Assembly (NCBI GenBank): GCA_964525785.1 | Contig: CAZGIX010000001.1 | Coordinates: forward strand, 6,249-70,248 | Source: an uncultured Anaerolineaceae bacterium | GTDB lineage: Bacteria; Chloroflexota; Anaerolineae; Anaerolineales; UBA4823 | DNA length: 64,000 nucleotides | Reading direction: 5' to 3' | Shown here: positions 28,273 through 38,192 of the stretch, one piece after another | How positions within the stretch are numbered: position 1 is the first letter of the stretch | Layout: each line of letters opens with the position of its first letter | The notes under the pieces: generated by a model | What the model was told of the DNA's origin: nothing | Seen by the model: only the letters and a program-made list of their open reading frames with translations | Database searches by the model: none | Made by a program: the position numbers and the translations under genes

Positions 28273-29445
28273 TTAAAATTCTCCGGTCATTGCTTGGGAG
28301 TAGCCGGTCAATTCAACATAGCCATTGCCTGTGACCGGTTGGTTTTCCAACATCCCGGTAACCTTAACTGCCCCTTCCCAGTAATTGTACGATAAAACCA
28401 TCTCTTGATCCGCAAGATAGGGGCTGATATCCAGGCTCAATTTCTGGGATGGAATCTGAATTACCCACTTAGCGGGGTAAATAGCCTGAGAGACCGGGCT
28501 TTTCCATGTGCCTGAGGTGGTTATCGAAAAATCACTCCTCGTGATATGGGTAGTGCTGGCATCCGGTGCGATCAATGTCCCACTTGAGAACGGATCGATG
28601 CTGCCATCGTCACGCCGGATTTGGAACAACATCAGCTCGTATTGATTGTCCAGCTGGATAGAGAACCAATCCCATCCGATCTGCCCCTCCGAGAGGGCGC
28701 TGGTGCTGTACTCGTGATCTTTCCAGCTTAGACCGCTGACGGTGAAGACCGTCCTACCAAGCGTAATCGTGCCCTCGGACGCGAGACGGGTCTGGCTGCT
28801 GTAGAAAGAAGCATTGCCTGGATCTGGCCCTTTCTGACTGTACCCCTGGTCTCCATGCAGGATAGATCCTTTTGTGTCGACCAGCTTGAGAGCGATTGTT
28901 AGATCGTCTTGCCTGGCAGTCAGGCGATATTCATCCGAACCCGTCTGCTCAACCGACCAATCATCCAGCCAGACAGTAAATGGAACAGCTTGAGCACCTG
29001 CAAGTCCAGTTGCCCCGCGCGCCAACCGCTCGAAATGATGGTGCTCCTTCCCGGTCACATCGGTCAGGGCGAAATGCGCCATGTAAACCTGGTTTGTAGC
29101 CCAGTCGGAAAGCCGCGGTTCTCTCTTTGCGGGTGGCTGCAAAGCCCGGCGAAAAAATGTAAGCTGGTATCCAAAATGACGCCCTTCCGGATCGGTTAAA
29201 TTTCCTGTGTAATACCACCATTCCGTTTGGAAATCTGGGTGAGGCCCCAGATCATCGGGGAAGGATACCCGGTCTGTTGTATTTGCATGTCTATAGCCCG
29301 TTGTCGTATCGGCGCTGCTGTCTGATGGCAATATCAGCATGTCAGAGGAAACAACCGGTGCTGCACTAGGCATCAGGAACCATCTCAGCATTAATATGGC
29401 CGCCAATCCCAAGATAGCGAAAATAATATATCGCAATATGCGCAT
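28273..29445 (-). CDS. AttH-like / CrtC-lipocalin-like domain protein
   Basis: N-terminal TM or signal sequence, and the motif HPDFQTEWWYYTGNL...GYQLTFFR typical of AttH/hydroxyneurosporene-synthase-like proteins. Start is ATG 29445 or GTG 29451. Confidence 0.75.
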   Translation of the reverse strand: MRILRYIIFAILGLAAILMLRWFLMPSAAPVVSSDMLILPSDSSADTTTGYRHANTTDRVSFPDDLGPHPDFQTEWWYYTGNLTDPEGRHFGYQLTFFRRALQPPAKREPRLSDWATNQVYMAHFALTDVTGKEHHHFERLARGATGLAGAQAVPFTVWLDDWSVEQTGSDEYRLTARQDDLTIALKLVDTKGSILHGDQGYSQKGPDPGNASFYSSQTRLASEGTITLGRTVFTVSGLSWKDHEYSTSALSEGQIGWDWFSIQLDNQYELMLFQIRRDDGSIDPFSSGTLIAPDASTTHITRSDFSITTSGTWKSPVSQAIYPAKWVIQIPSQKLSLDISPYLADQEMVLSYNYWEGAVKVTGMLENQPVTGNGYVELTGYSQAMTGEF

Positions 29446-29469
29446 AGCCACTGATGCACAACTTAGTAC

Positions 29470-32091
29470 TTATTCATACCTTATAGCTTCAACAATTTCC
29501 ATCTTTCCCATGCGCCTGGCGGGGTAGATCCCAGCCAGGAGAGCAGCGCTGACGGCCACGAAAAGCGCCAGCAGGAATGGGGCAACTGTCACCTGCATTT
29601 GTAGCGTCCAGCCAAATGACCTGCGGTTGATGATATAGACCAGGATCAATGCCAGCAGGTAACCCGTGGGCAGGGCAAGGATGCCGGAAATTGTACCCAT
29701 CAGCCCAGTTTCCAGCAGTACCAATCCCCACAACTGCCTGACTGTCAGTCCAACCGCGCGCAAGATTCCCATATCTCGCTGGCGTTCTAGCTCCAGAGAT
29801 AGTAATGCACTCAATACCCCAATAAATGCGACGATCGTTGCCAGGAGCTGCATTGCTCCTGTAATGGCAAATGTGCGATCGAATATCTGGAGAACATCAT
29901 CGCGCAGCGCGTGATTGGAGCGTATGACCAACCTCTGCTCAGAATTTAGATGGGACCTGAGATCTGCAACAACCTGATCGCTGTCAGTACCTGGTGATAG
30001 GATTAGGGCAATAGCTGTTATCTCGGGATCCTGCCAGAACCTCCTGTAGACATCCAGGGACATTAAGACAGTTCCTTGCGTGGAAGAGTAATCATAATAA
30101 ATGCCAACGATCGGGAATGATCGCTGCCCTTGATCTGTGAATATAATCAGGCTGCCTCCAGGTTTACGGATATTCATCCGGTTGGCAAATGGTTCGGAGA
30201 TAATCACCGCACCCTTTGTCAATTCATCTTTTATCCGTTCGGCCGGCACACTGGTTGCCAGGAAATCACGATGGTCGCTCACCTGGGGATCGCTGGATGC
30301 AGCGATGTGCATCGGTCCAATCGGAGAATTGACATATGTTGACCGAAGCGTAAATACTTGCTCCACACCCGGCCAGCTCTCTATCCTGGATAATACTTCG
30401 GGATTTACTGGTGCGGATGACTCGGTAGACGTGAGCGTGGGGGCAGAGATGTATACATCTCCTTGTAGCGTTTGTTCTAGCCAGGCGATGACGGTATAGC
30501 GAAAGCTGCTCACCATCACACTGACACCAATGGTGACTGAGACTGCTACCATTAACGCAGCCACAGCGATCGATGTGCGGCTTATCGAATTAATTACATC
30601 GCGGGGTGCCAGCCGACCGAGACTGCCCCAGATCCTCCCGGTAACCGGAATCGAAATCCGCGCCAGAAGCAGTGTGGTCACCGGCGCAAGCATTGCCGAA
30701 CCGATCAAGATGGTAAACGTAGCGATGAAGCTGACCTGCAAACTCCGAGTAGGGAGTAATAAAATGACGATCCCCGTTGCCAGCAAGACCAGTCCACTTA
30801 TAGCCGCCAAAATGACCGCCCGCTGGGCTTTAGACTCCAATCCCGAGCGTGACAGCGCTGCTCTTGGCTGCACAGAGGCAGCCTCCCAGGCGGGGAGAGC
30901 CGCTGTAAGCAAGGTTGCAAACACACCGAGTAAGCTCCCCTTCGCCAGGCTGGTGGTTGGGATTTGTACCCCGCGAACTGTGACCACGAAGAATAGATCA
31001 TTGATCGTTTGAGAGACCAGTTTTATGGCCCCCTGTCCCATCAAGACCCCCAACATAGTTCCCAGTACTGCTCCCAATGAACCAACGATTAACGCCTCGA
31101 TGATAACAAGGGAGAACACCTCGCGTCTTGTCACCCCCAGGCAGCGCAGGGTACCATAGAGGGGTCTGCGCTGGATAACCGAAAATGTCATCGTGTTGTA
31201 AATCAGGAACAACCCAACTACCAATGCCAACAGGCTAAGGGCGGTCAAGTTGACACGGAAAGCGCTGGTCATCTGTTCAATCGTGCCACTGCGCGCTTCA
31301 ACCGGAAGCAACGTGACATTTGCAGCCAGCAGTTGGCGCAGTGTATCTTCTCTGGGCTTAGCATCTTGCTCTGGCAAGATCAGGTCAATGCGGTCTATCT
31401 TCCCGAGCCGCCCAGTCAGTTCCTGAGCAGTGGCAATATCGGCAATGACAACATTCTCCAGGGCGCGCCGGCTCAAGCTGTCCGATGGCTGGAGTAAACC
31501 AGCAATTATGGCGGATGTGTACTTCCCTCCGATCTCCAGGTTGATCACACACTCACGGCGCTCCAGGACGCATGCTTCTAGATCGTAGCGTCTGGCCAAG
31601 TCGATTGAGACCAGGATGGTTCCAGGTCGGGTGAGGAATGCAGTCAAATTTGCTACGGGTTGCCGGTTCTGGCTGCTGGTTGCCCCACCGAGGTAGTTAC
31701 GAAATGGAGCGTCCACAAATGGATCAACGCCCATCAGCTGCAGTAAGCCTCCCCCGAGCTCTGGAGAGACAAAGTACTCGCTGACGACTGGTGCAGCTAT
31801 ATCTACCGCCCCAGAGCGCCGCAGACTGGTATACAATTCCTGATCCAATCCACCAGGCCCGCCGACGATATGGTGAGTAGCATTACCTGCTACAGCTGCG
31901 GTGCTTAGGTCAAATGCTTGGCTGGCGCTGGCATTGGCCAGGTCGATAGCCACTACCACAGCTACGCCTAACGTAATACCGAGCACCATAAGGATAGACT
32001 GCCAGGGATGGCGAAGCAGGTACCGCCACCCAATTGTCCATAACGGGCGATACGCGAGCCGTATGGACGGGTGCTTGTGGCTTGACTTCAT
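29470..32091 (-). CDS. ABC transporter permease with duplicated FtsX domains (MacB/YbbP type, 873 aa)
   Basis: Two repeats, each of a TM helix, a large periplasmic loop and three TM helices. ATGA overlap with the upstream gene. Confidence 0.88.
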   Translation of the reverse strand: MKSSHKHPSIRLAYRPLWTIGWRYLLRHPWQSILMVLGITLGVAVVVAIDLANASASQAFDLSTAAVAGNATHHIVGGPGGLDQELYTSLRRSGAVDIAAPVVSEYFVSPELGGGLLQLMGVDPFVDAPFRNYLGGATSSQNRQPVANLTAFLTRPGTILVSIDLARRYDLEACVLERRECVINLEIGGKYTSAIIAGLLQPSDSLSRRALENVVIADIATAQELTGRLGKIDRIDLILPEQDAKPREDTLRQLLAANVTLLPVEARSGTIEQMTSAFRVNLTALSLLALVVGLFLIYNTMTFSVIQRRPLYGTLRCLGVTRREVFSLVIIEALIVGSLGAVLGTMLGVLMGQGAIKLVSQTINDLFFVVTVRGVQIPTTSLAKGSLLGVFATLLTAALPAWEAASVQPRAALSRSGLESKAQRAVILAAISGLVLLATGIVILLLPTRSLQVSFIATFTILIGSAMLAPVTTLLLARISIPVTGRIWGSLGRLAPRDVINSISRTSIAVAALMVAVSVTIGVSVMVSSFRYTVIAWLEQTLQGDVYISAPTLTSTESSAPVNPEVLSRIESWPGVEQVFTLRSTYVNSPIGPMHIAASSDPQVSDHRDFLATSVPAERIKDELTKGAVIISEPFANRMNIRKPGGSLIIFTDQGQRSFPIVGIYYDYSSTQGTVLMSLDVYRRFWQDPEITAIALILSPGTDSDQVVADLRSHLNSEQRLVIRSNHALRDDVLQIFDRTFAITGAMQLLATIVAFIGVLSALLSLELERQRDMGILRAVGLTVRQLWGLVLLETGLMGTISGILALPTGYLLALILVYIINRRSFGWTLQMQVTVAPFLLALFVAVSAALLAGIYPARRMGKMEIVEAIRYE

Positions 32092-33215
32092 AGATTCTTG
32101 TAATAGACCCGGTGGTTTTTATAGGCTTTACCACCTACATTCTCCAGGTCGCCGCGCATTTGAACAGCGGTTTCAGCAACCTGCGTCAGATCGGCGTGCT
32201 CAAATTTGTAGTCTCGAATGGTTTTTTCCATTTCGGAATACAGTAGTGCATTTCCACCACGCCCGTGGAATTCCGGTAAGATACCTGCGCCATTCAAAGC
32301 AACCCATTTCGTGCGGCGCGTCTCAAGCAGCAAATCAATAATACCCAGTGGTAACAATCTACCCTTGGCGCGCTGCAGGGCGGCGGAAAGATCGGGCCAG
32401 CCAAATAGAAATCCAACCACGTCATCGGCATGGGTGATTATCTTTATCAAGCGATGATCGGCAACAATGAGCATGTTCTGGAGCACGAACGCAATCTCAT
32501 TCTCCGTGAGGGGAACGTACTCCCAGTTGTTGACGAAGGCCTGGTTGTACGCCTTCCCTATCCTTGGTGCCCAGGCTTTTAACTCGCCTTTGCTCTCAAA
32601 GCGGTGCACAGTTAATGTCCCACGTTGCTGGACGCGCTCAGCGATGCTGTGCACCCGTTCAGGCAGGCGGAAGCTCTCCCCGTTCAAATAACAGGAGACA
32701 AAATCGACTTCCTTTTCAAAACCCAATCCGCGTACCAGGTCGTTGTAATATGGGTGGTTGTAATTCATCATCGTCATCATCTGCCGATGTTCGAAGCCCT
32801 CTACCAGGAGGCCATAGCCATCCAAAGGGCCAAAACCTTTTGGTCCAAGGACTTTCGTGAGCTTACGTTCATGTGCCCAATCAAAGACGCGTTGGAATAA
32901 CGCTGCAGCTGCATCCGGGTCATTTTCACAATCGAACAGGTAGAATTGGCAGGTGGCTGTACCATGACATTGATTGTAGTTGCGATTCTCAAGGGCTGCG
33001 ATCCTTCCGACATCCACCCCATCTCGGACAGCGATATAGAAATTTGCTTGAGAATGCTCGTAGTAGGGATGTTTCTCATGGTTTAGCTGCATTTCAGCAT
33101 CAATATATAGCGGCGGCACCCACTGAGGATGGTTCGCGTACATACGGAAGGGTATCTGAACGAAGCGCCTGACGTCAGATTTTGACTCAGTTTTTACTTG
33201 GTAAATAGTTATCAT
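32088..33215 (-). CDS. Large GNAT-fold (acyl-CoA N-acyltransferase-like) protein, function unknown
   Basis: GNAT motif A-like GILPEFHGRGGNALLY near the C-terminus. Start taken at ATG 33215 (MITIYQ). The stop overlaps the permease start (ATGA). Confidence 0.55.
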   Translation of the reverse strand: MITIYQVKTESKSDVRRFVQIPFRMYANHPQWVPPLYIDAEMQLNHEKHPYYEHSQANFYIAVRDGVDVGRIAALENRNYNQCHGTATCQFYLFDCENDPDAAAALFQRVFDWAHERKLTKVLGPKGFGPLDGYGLLVEGFEHRQMMTMMNYNHPYYNDLVRGLGFEKEVDFVSCYLNGESFRLPERVHSIAERVQQRGTLTVHRFESKGELKAWAPRIGKAYNQAFVNNWEYVPLTENEIAFVLQNMLIVADHRLIKIITHADDVVGFLFGWPDLSAALQRAKGRLLPLGIIDLLLETRRTKWVALNGAGILPEFHGRGGNALLYSEMEKTIRDYKFEHADLTQVAETAVQMRGDLENVGGKAYKNHRVYYKNL

Positions 33216-33265
33216 GGCAGCATCCTTGGTTAGTAGGGTCTGGCAGGTGTGATGATCAGCACACC

Positions 33266-33958
33266 TCAGTTTTCGCATTTTACGGTCAGCTTACCATCCC
33301 GCAAACAAAAGTTTCGGTCAGCTAAACTGGCAGCTTCCTGGCTGTGAGTCACCATCACCAGATTCTTTCCCGCTTTACGTGTCAGCCGGTCGAGCAGAGA
33401 AAGCACCTGCCAGCCAGTCTCATCATCCAAATTACCGGTTGGTTCATCTGCTAATACCAGCAGCGGGTCGTTTACCAGAGCGCGTGCGATTGCCACGCGC
33501 TGCTGCTCACCGCCCGATAGCCTATCCGGGAAAGTTTTCAGACGGTCCAGCAGACCGACCTCGTCGAGCAACGGCTCTGCGAGCTGGCGCGCTTGATTGA
33601 CTGAAGCGCCGTTTAACTCGAGAGGCAGGGTCACATTCTCGAGTACGGTCAATGTAGGGACCAGATTGAAGAATTGGAACACAAACCCGATCTTTTGCCT
33701 GCGGAATATTGTGCGCTGCTGCTCATCCATAGCAGTCAGCTCCTGTCCATTCAAGAATATGTGGCCATCATCGACGCGGTCGATGCCGCTGATCAAGTTT
33801 AAGAGGGTGCTTTTGCCGCTGCCACTTTTTCCGACAATGGCGACATATTCACCCTGGCAGAAGGCGGCCCAGGCGTTTTGCAACACCATGCGTCTCTGGC
33901 CGCCTTCTTGAAAGCTCTTTGAAAGATTTTCTAACCGGATGAAAGCAGGCTGTTCCAT
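33266..33958 (-). CDS. ABC transporter ATP-binding protein (MacB/LolD-like)
   Basis: Walker [10 protein letters not shown], signature LSGGEQQRV, Walker [13 protein letters not shown]. Confidence 0.9.
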   Translation of the reverse strand: MEQPAFIRLENLSKSFQEGGQRRMVLQNAWAAFCQGEYVAIVGKSGSGKSTLLNLISGIDRVDDGHIFLNGQELTAMDEQQRTIFRRQKIGFVFQFFNLVPTLTVLENVTLPLELNGASVNQARQLAEPLLDEVGLLDRLKTFPDRLSGGEQQRVAIARALVNDPLLVLADEPTGNLDDETGWQVLSLLDRLTRKAGKNLVMVTHSQEAASLADRNFCLRDGKLTVKCEN

Positions 33959-33993
33959 AATTGTTTTCGGGTAGGGCCACGATATCGCGGCAG

Positions 33994-34986
33994 TTATCTC
34001 GATTCTGCTATACGGTCGCTGATTTTATCCAGGGCTGCAATCTCTACTTCGCTTAATCGCCAGCCTAATGCGCCTGCATTCTCCTCTGCCTGCTGCGCAT
34101 TTTTCACTCCCGGGATGGGGATTGCCCCTTTACAGATTATCCAGTTCAATGCCACCTGGCTTGGAGTTTTGCCATCGTATGCCTGGCCAATTTCACCCAT
34201 CAGGCGAATTAAGGGCTGCACTTGGGTAATAAGCCCGCCCCCATACCGTCGGCCTCGGGAACCAGGGAGCGGTTTCTCTGGCGTGTATTTACCGGTCAGC
34301 AATCCCTGAGCCAGAGGGCTATAGGAGATCAGGCTGATGCCCATTTCCTTGCATCTATTTAGCAGTCCGTTTTTTTCGATCTTGCGGTCAAGCAAATGGT
34401 ATTCGACTTGATTGGATGCCAAGGTTACACCCCGGTTCACTAAAATACCGTTGGCGCGGCGCATCTGTTCATAATTGTAGTTGGAGACCCCGACTGCACG
34501 CGCCAGGCCAGCTTCGACTACATCAGCTAATCCAGAGGCCCAGGCTTCGATCGGAACCGGTGGGTAAGGCCAGTGAATCTGATATAGATCGATCGCCTTT
34601 AGACCGAGACGCTGCAAGCTGGTCCGTAGAGCTGAGACAAGCGATTTTTTTCGTAAACGCCAGGGGTAAGGGAAGAATTTGGATGCAATTACTACTGGCT
34701 TTCCTGAGCTTACCACGTAACGTCCAACAAGCCTTTCCGAATGGCCCTGACCGTAGATCTCTGCCGTATCGTAGAAGTTGATCCCGGCATCCAGACTGAA
34801 CTGGGCAGCTAATTCAATATCTGATGCACCATAATCACGACCGTAGCCCCACGTGAAACGATCACCCCAAGCCCAGGCACCGAATCCCAAAGGTGTGATT
34901 TTGATATCCGTATTCCCTAAATTGATTTTTTCCAATATCGCTTTCCTCGAAAACCGATTACCAATGAGAAGAATTTCCGGATCCAC
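33994..34986 (-). CDS. Aldo/keto reductase
   Basis: [21 protein letters not shown]..., and QVALNW...IPGVKN. The ORF opens at GTG 34986. An internal TTG at 34935 has a better GAGGAAA RBS, so the start is uncertain. Confidence 0.82.
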   Translation of the reverse strand: MDPEILLIGNRFSRKAILEKINLGNTDIKITPLGFGAWAWGDRFTWGYGRDYGASDIELAAQFSLDAGINFYDTAEIYGQGHSERLVGRYVVSSGKPVVIASKFFPYPWRLRKKSLVSALRTSLQRLGLKAIDLYQIHWPYPPVPIEAWASGLADVVEAGLARAVGVSNYNYEQMRRANGILVNRGVTLASNQVEYHLLDRKIEKNGLLNRCKEMGISLISYSPLAQGLLTGKYTPEKPLPGSRGRRYGGGLITQVQPLIRLMGEIGQAYDGKTPSQVALNWIICKGAIPIPGVKNAQQAEENAGALGWRLSEVEIAALDKISDRIAESR

Positions 34987-35108
34987 CGATCGCAGGGATT
35001 CTATCTCGAAATCACGGTAATCGCTACTCCTCCTTTAGATCCATTCCTGATTCTCGAGACATCACACCAACCAGATTTGGTGATGCACGGAGGTTTACGA
35101 TGTGAGGT

Positions 35109-36311
35109 TTATCTCACGCGTTGTGGAATATGACGGATAAATGCTGCGCTGTGCTTAAGGTAAGCTACAGGAAGGGGAACGTTCCCATATCCCAGAGCTA
35201 TCCGCCAGATGCTGGGTTTCCATCTTGCCCAAAATAATCCCAGGCGGTCATTTATGAACCGGCTGTTTGTCACAAGGCCACAGCGGTCATCGAGATTTAC
35301 TTTTTCACACCACTGACTTACTGCTGGGTGGACGTTTTTAGCGCTTTCAGACAGGTCTAACGATCCAAGCAACCCTGGCAAAGCGCGTTGGGCCAGCCTG
35401 AGGATAGGGTAAACCAGGTGCTGGTATTGGATCGAGCTGATTTCGGTCCCTTGTGGTGCAAGGGCGGCGATGTCCAGCCACATAATCACCCGACCAGTTG
35501 AGATCAGGAAATGTTGTAAAGCGTGCAGTAATACATGCGTCAACAGGCTTTGACGGCTGGGCAGGCACACGTGCTCTCCTGCTATTTCACTGCCTTTGCT
35601 CCCTTCCCACAGCGATTCTGTCAGGTCTATCGTGCTGACATCCCCCCACATCGACCTTCGGACGACAACATGGATTTCAACTGGGCGAGGATTGTCAGGA
35701 TTTTCACCCTGGTAATCGATTACTAGTTCACCCCCTGTATTCAGATAATAGTCGTGATTAGGATAAATGCTCGGACTCGGAATATACGCGTAGCCATGTT
35801 TTGTAAGGATAGCCGCGATACGCTGGCGATCACCGGGACGAACCAGTAAATCTAGATCTGCCATAGGTCGCAATCCAATATCCGGATAGTATTTCTGTGC
35901 CAGCAGAATCCCCTTCAGCGGCATCACCTCAATACCATCCCGATTTGCCTCAGCCAGTAATATTAGCAGGTCTTCGTAGAGCCGGGTGTTGCGTGCCTTG
36001 TTATTCAGATAGGCGCTCTGCAGCCAACTCAGAAATTCGACAGGTAATCCACTGCCCACTTCTGTGTCTGCGATTTTTCTATATAGAACTGCTCCCAGAC
36101 CCTGGGTAAAGATCACCTGGCGTGCGATTACCCAATGCACCTCATCCCAGACGCTGATTGCTTGTTGGAGGTCTTTTGCTTCGAGCGGTTGCAAACCGCC
36201 ATTACCCTGGTCGGCATAGTTGAGCCAACGTAAAATCTCTCGGGTGACCTCGCGTAGGATTTTTTTCCCTGGCATGGTTAATTTGGTATCACCTGGATGC
36301 CAGCAGTGCAT
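35109..36311 (-). CDS. Uncharacterised nucleotidyltransferase family protein (NTP_transf_5-like)
   Basis: Family-typical core VMPLKGILLAQKYYPDIGLRPMADLDLLVRPGD. The alternative start ATG 36275 would remove the 23 nt overlap with the upstream gene. Confidence 0.65.
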   Translation of the reverse strand: MHCWHPGDTKLTMPGKKILREVTREILRWLNYADQGNGGLQPLEAKDLQQAISVWDEVHWVIARQVIFTQGLGAVLYRKIADTEVGSGLPVEFLSWLQSAYLNNKARNTRLYEDLLILLAEANRDGIEVMPLKGILLAQKYYPDIGLRPMADLDLLVRPGDRQRIAAILTKHGYAYIPSPSIYPNHDYYLNTGGELVIDYQGENPDNPRPVEIHVVVRRSMWGDVSTIDLTESLWEGSKGSEIAGEHVCLPSRQSLLTHVLLHALQHFLISTGRVIMWLDIAALAPQGTEISSIQYQHLVYPILRLAQRALPGLLGSLDLSESAKNVHPAVSQWCEKVNLDDRCGLVTNSRFINDRLGLFWARWKPSIWRIALGYGNVPLPVAYLKHSAAFIRHIPQRVR

Positions 36312-37329
36312 CCAATGAATTCACCGCTTCGTCCGGAGAACCATTTATATATAGTCGATAGGCCCCATTCGCCAATAATTCCTGGCTGGCCTCCTCCATT
36401 CTCTCATTCCAGCCCGTTTCCCAGGACCAGATGACCTCGAATTCCTTCAAAGCTTGAGCGCGATCTATTGGATGGATGCAGTTCAAATTCTGGTCGCCTC
36501 GTTCCAGAAATACCAATACTCCTGGTTCGGCGCGAGAGATCGTACACCCAGGGTAGAGGCTCTCCAGGTCGATTTCAATCTTCCATTCACCGCTGGTTTG
36601 TAAGATGGAGTCGCAGTCTCGCAGCTCTGGGAAGAAGCGCCTGGCATCAGGGAGTAGATGTAATTTCCATGGCGCGCCCCAAAACTGAGTACCGGTTGAT
36701 AGGGCCTTTACCTGGACTGCATCTTCTGAAAGCAGCTGATAGCCGCGGCGCGCACAGGCATAAGCCAGGGTCGACTTCCCAGAACCGGCTTTGCCATGCA
36801 GCAGCACGCTGGTCCCGTCCTTAACCACGCAAGCGGCATGGATAACGAAGTAACCGCGCGATAACCCTAACATCGCCAGCCCCAACGTCTCGAGGAAGTT
36901 ATAGCGCACGAATGCTTGATCTTGGGTGACTCGCTTGGTGATGAAGCCAAAGGCGTAGCCATTTTTCAGGTCGGCGACGGCATGATTGCCAGGGCCGATC
37001 TGCATGCTGAACAGATGACCCTGGGTATGATATTCAGGTCTTATCAGGGTGGATTTTTCAGACGATTCAAATGAATGTACGAACAGGGCGAGAATCAGTG
37101 GTTCCTTACCGTTATCGATTGAAGATATTGGAAAGCGTCCAAATGCCTGGTCTGCCACTGCAAGGAGAGAAGCATCATTTGTCTGGAATATTAGCTTCTC
37201 TCCCATGATGGCGTATGAACGCTGGAAATCAGCGCGCTCGTGATATAAAAATGAGATACGCTGAACATGAGAAACGCGGGTATCTTCGGTAGTTTTGATT
37301 TCATCCGCAAGTGGAAGGTTAGCAGGCAT
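36289..37329 (-). CDS. HPr-kinase-related P-loop kinase (HprK C-terminal-domain-like)
   Basis: VIHAACVVKDGTSVLLHGKAGSGKSTLAYACARRGYQLLSEDAV matches the HprK-type P-loop context. There is no HprK N-terminal domain. Confidence 0.7.
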   Translation of the reverse strand: MPANLPLADEIKTTEDTRVSHVQRISFLYHERADFQRSYAIMGEKLIFQTNDASLLAVADQAFGRFPISSIDNGKEPLILALFVHSFESSEKSTLIRPEYHTQGHLFSMQIGPGNHAVADLKNGYAFGFITKRVTQDQAFVRYNFLETLGLAMLGLSRGYFVIHAACVVKDGTSVLLHGKAGSGKSTLAYACARRGYQLLSEDAVQVKALSTGTQFWGAPWKLHLLPDARRFFPELRDCDSILQTSGEWKIEIDLESLYPGCTISRAEPGVLVFLERGDQNLNCIHPIDRAQALKEFEVIWSWETGWNERMEEASQELLANGAYRLYINGSPDEAVNSLDALLASR

Positions 37330-37349
37330 GTAAGAAATGTCCCTTATGT

Positions 37350-38192
37350 TTAGAAAGGATTGCGGCTGGTGACGATACCTTGCACAAGATAGCGCTGCGC
37401 CAGCAAGAAAATAACGATCACCGGCAATAAAGCAACCAATGACATCGGCATCAAGTAGTGTAGCTGGGTGTAGTATAAGCCATTAAACAATGATAATCCT
37501 AGGCTAAGAGTGTACCGGTCGTTGCTGCTCAAGTACAGGAGTGGCCCCAGGAAATCATTCCAGCTGGCAATAAACGCAAATACAGCCACACCAGCCAGGG
37601 CAGGTTTGGCTAACGGTAGTGCGATCCACCAATAGGTTCCAAGCGGATTGCATCCATCCAATTCCGCGCTGTCAAAGAGTTCAACCGGGATTGTACGAAA
37701 GTATTGCCGGAAGAGGAACACATAGAAAGCATTTGTAAAAAAGGCGGGCAGGACCAGCGGAAGATAGGTGTTCACCCAGCCGATACGGCTGAATCCGATG
37801 AACATAGGGATCATGGTAACTGTAGCAGGGATCATGATCGTCGCCATTAGCAAGAAGAATAATATCTGTTTGCCTCTACCGGGAAGAGCTGCAAAGGCAT
37901 AGCCAACCAGGGATGAGGAGAGTAAGGAGCCTATCATGGTCAGCGAAGTCACGATCAAGGAATTCCGGATAAAAACCGGGAAATCCAGAAGCTGCCAGGC
38001 ATTTTGGAAATTAGCCAACGTGGGTGGATCAGGCAGCCAACGGGGTGGACTCAAGTAGACCATCTCAGCCGGTTTGAAGGCAATCGAAGCCATCCAAACG
38101 ATCGGCAGCGCAAATGGGATGGCTGCCATAATCAGGACCAGGTAGTACAAACCTGATTTACCGGCTTGGATTATCGGAAAATCGGTTCTCAT
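37350..38192 (-). CDS. Carbohydrate ABC transporter permease (MalG/CUT1 type)
   Basis: EAA loop FDSAELDGCNPLGTYWWIALPLAKPAL. ATG 38192 overlaps the upstream stop (ATGA). The track ORF to 38618 is an upstream read-through. Confidence 0.9.
   Translation of the reverse strand: MRTDFPIIQAGKSGLYYLVLIMAAIPFALPIVWMASIAFKPAEMVYLSPPRWLPDPPTLANFQNAWQLLDFPVFIRNSLIVTSLTMIGSLLSSSLVGYAFAALPGRGKQILFFLLMATIMIPATVTMIPMFIGFSRIGWVNTYLPLVLPAFFTNAFYVFLFRQYFRTIPVELFDSAELDGCNPLGTYWWIALPLAKPALAGVAVFAFIASWNDFLGPLLYLSSNDRYTLSLGLSLFNGLYYTQLHYLMPMSLVALLPVIVIFLLAQRYLVQGIVTSRNPF

Noticed and set aside
35027-35036. A strong Shine-Dalgarno-like AAAGGAGGAG on the minus strand, in the gap between the NTP_transf_5 and aldo/keto reductase genes.
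   Set aside because: The only start codon at suitable spacing (GTG) opens a 4-codon ORF (V-I-S-R-stop). It is too far (about 40 nt) from the reductase GTG. There is no support for a real peptide gene.
35109-37329. A possible lasso-peptide or other RiPP biosynthetic cluster, suggested by the HprK-like kinase and NTP_transf_5.
   Set aside because: No asparagine-synthetase-like cyclase, transglutaminase-like protease, PqqD/RRE protein or plausible precursor ORF is present within 10 kb on either side. It is reported only as an orphan enzyme pair.
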